Shown here piece by piece: positions 63,449 through 64,000 of a stretch of DNA of 64,000 bases. The notes under the pieces were generated by a model. That model was given only the letters and a program-made list of their open reading frames with translations. It was not told where the DNA came from and did not search any database. Every line of letters starts with the position of its first letter. The stretch's first letter is position 1. The DNA is taken from NCBI GenBank assembly GCA_964016885.1, contig OZ024742.1, forward strand, positions 142,848,001-142,912,000. Direction: 5' to 3'. The translations under genes were made by a program, and so were the position numbers. Origin of the DNA: Eledone cirrhosa (taxonomy: Eukaryota).

Positions 63449-63664
63449 GTATGTTGTGTACCGGTATTGAGCGCTCGCGTTTCATAAATGTGTGTGAGAG
63501 AGAGATAGATTACAAGTATGAATGCAAATCTAAAGGAGAAAGTAAAGTGCTAAATATAAAAGTTTATAAAATACATAGTTACCGTTTGATAAATCATTTT
63601 CATTACACAAACAAAGAGTCAATTGTACCGAAAGAACAAATAAAATAACAGTAAATGCCGCCAT
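46827..63664 (-). CDS. TXNDC12: Thioredoxin domain-containing protein 12 (ERp18; AGR/TXNDC12 family ER oxidoreductase), spliced, complete, 159 aa
   Basis: complement(join(63583..63664,55148..55208,53239..53291,51632..51705,49840..49900,48300..48383,46827..46891)) = 480 nt. Signal peptide MAAFTVILFVLSVQLTLCLC, WGNHIAW, HKSWCGACKALKPKF, SPDGGYIPRILF, GNPNYKYYY, C-terminal SDEL. Confidence 0.96.
46952..47296 (+). mobile_element. tRNA-derived SINE family A with RTE-derived tail
   Basis: A box TGGCTTAGTGG, B box GAGTTCAATTC; tail CCCGTCCCACCCTTGCAAGCAGGGAAAAAGCGGACGTAAAATGA matches RTE 3' end. Confidence 0.88.
48300..48383 (-). CDS. TXNDC12: TXNDC12 exon 6
   Basis: DSNGKVMIDFYNKEGNPNYKYYYPAISQ. 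Confidence 0.94.
49840..49900 (-). CDS. TXNDC12: TXNDC12 exon 5
   Basis: DDEESKYSPDGGYIPRILFI. Confidence 0.95.
50160..51515 (+). mobile_element. Degenerate, internally deleted RTE LINE in TXNDC12 intron 4
   Basis: DWCSSIIVNCYKGKG, HQGSVL, LHGSET, WYGHVM, GRPKKTW fragments; (GAT)n tail. Confidence 0.8.
51632..51705 (-). CDS. TXNDC12: TXNDC12 exon 4
   Basis: ALKPKFAESKEIEELSKEFIMVNSP. Confidence 0.94.
53239..53291 (-). CDS. TXNDC12: TXNDC12 exon 3 (CGAC active site)
   Basis: NKPLMFILHKSWCGACK. Confidence 0.96.
54437..54655 (+). repeat. Degenerate ~30-bp tandem repeat
   Basis: CCATGTTGGATCAAGCAGCCATGTAGTGGCT-like units, ~7 copies. Confidence 0.7.
55148..55208 (-). CDS. TXNDC12: TXNDC12 exon 2
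   Basis: DWGNHIAWYNLQDGLEKSKN. Confidence 0.92.
56539..56715 (+). repeat. 5' LTR (3'-truncated)
   Basis: Aligns with the 3' LTR up to TTTAGCGGCGCC, then runs straight into gag. Confidence 0.9.
56736..57134 (+). pseudogene. gag C-terminal part with two zinc knuckles
   Basis: CFRCQGPHMARDC and CYQCKRPGHIATNC; N-terminal part missing. Confidence 0.88.
57083..57140 (+). promoter_or_regulatory. Predicted -1 programmed ribosomal frameshift signal (G GGA AAC + H-type pseudoknot)
   Basis: Heptamer 57083-57089 in gag frame; stem 1 57095-57106/57114-57126; stem 2 GCGCCG 57108-57113/CGGCGC 57135-57140; -1 frame open into protease. Confidence 0.85.
57146..59944 (+). pseudogene. pro-pol (protease, RT, RNase H, integrase), frameshifted
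   Basis: ALVDTGC; frame breaks near 57405 and at a 20-bp tandem duplication 57606-57645; 790-aa ORF with YIDDI; integrase GNGIVKR where NGxVER is expected. Confidence 0.9.
59958..60211 (+). repeat. 3' LTR (254 bp)
   Basis: TG...CA, preceded by GAGATCAGGGGGGCG, followed by TSD. Confidence 0.92.
60540..61112 (+). mobile_element. RTE LINE 3' remnant
   Basis: RIRTGWEKF, LHGSEAWA, WYGH, GRPRKMW. Confidence 0.75.
63583..63664 (-). CDS. TXNDC12: TXNDC12 exon 1 (signal peptide)
   Basis: MAAFTVILFVLSVQLTLCLCNENDLSN; donor GTAACT. Confidence 0.88.
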
Positions 63665-64000
63665 ATTAACAAAATACACACTAGGTTCACTGCCTCAGTA
63701 ATAGCTTAATAGAGACTGTGAACCTTATTGATAGCGTCGAAATTATCGTCTGCAGTGAATATTATATTAAACGTGTTTATGTTTGTTTTTCTTTTCTAAA
63801 ATTAAGATATATATATATATTTCCCATCAGAGTCTTTTTACCAGTATTGGTACTTCGAAAGTGGAAGTAAATTCATAACGACTACAACGGTTGAATTGGT
63901 ATCAATATTTTTAAAAAAGGAAATATTTCGTTTCATTCACTGAATTCATATCGTAAATATATTTAAGAGTGTATTTCGTACTTTGTGATTAAAAAACAAA

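Overview
AT-rich, microsatellite- and transposon-dense eukaryotic DNA. The SINE/RTE repertoire suggests an octopus or another coleoid cephalopod (inference). Three spliced genes were assembled by hand with GT-AG introns and consistent phases. (1) EIF2B2 (eIF2B beta), minus strand, ATG 21418, 10 coding exons down to 3374; the 3' exons appear to lie left of the window. (2) SETD9, plus strand, 6 exons, 25717-44557, 295 aa. (3) TXNDC12/ERp18, minus strand, 7 exons, 63664-46827, 159 aa, with signal peptide, CGAC active site and SDEL end. Most ORFs in the supplied track are transposon fragments or noise. Introns and spacers hold two near-full-length RTE LINEs with a PHD-like finger in ORF, CR1 and CRE LINE remnants, two tRNA-derived SINE families (one sharing its 3' tail with the RTE), a Helitron, hAT/piggyBac/pogo-type MITEs, and a Merlin/ISXO2 transposase relic next to the EIF2B2 start. 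A GC-rich Ty3/Gypsy element in TXNDC12 intron 1 keeps a predicted -1 frameshift signal (slippery heptamer plus pseudoknot). I saw no convincing wholly novel system; the best leads concern transposon architecture and regulation.
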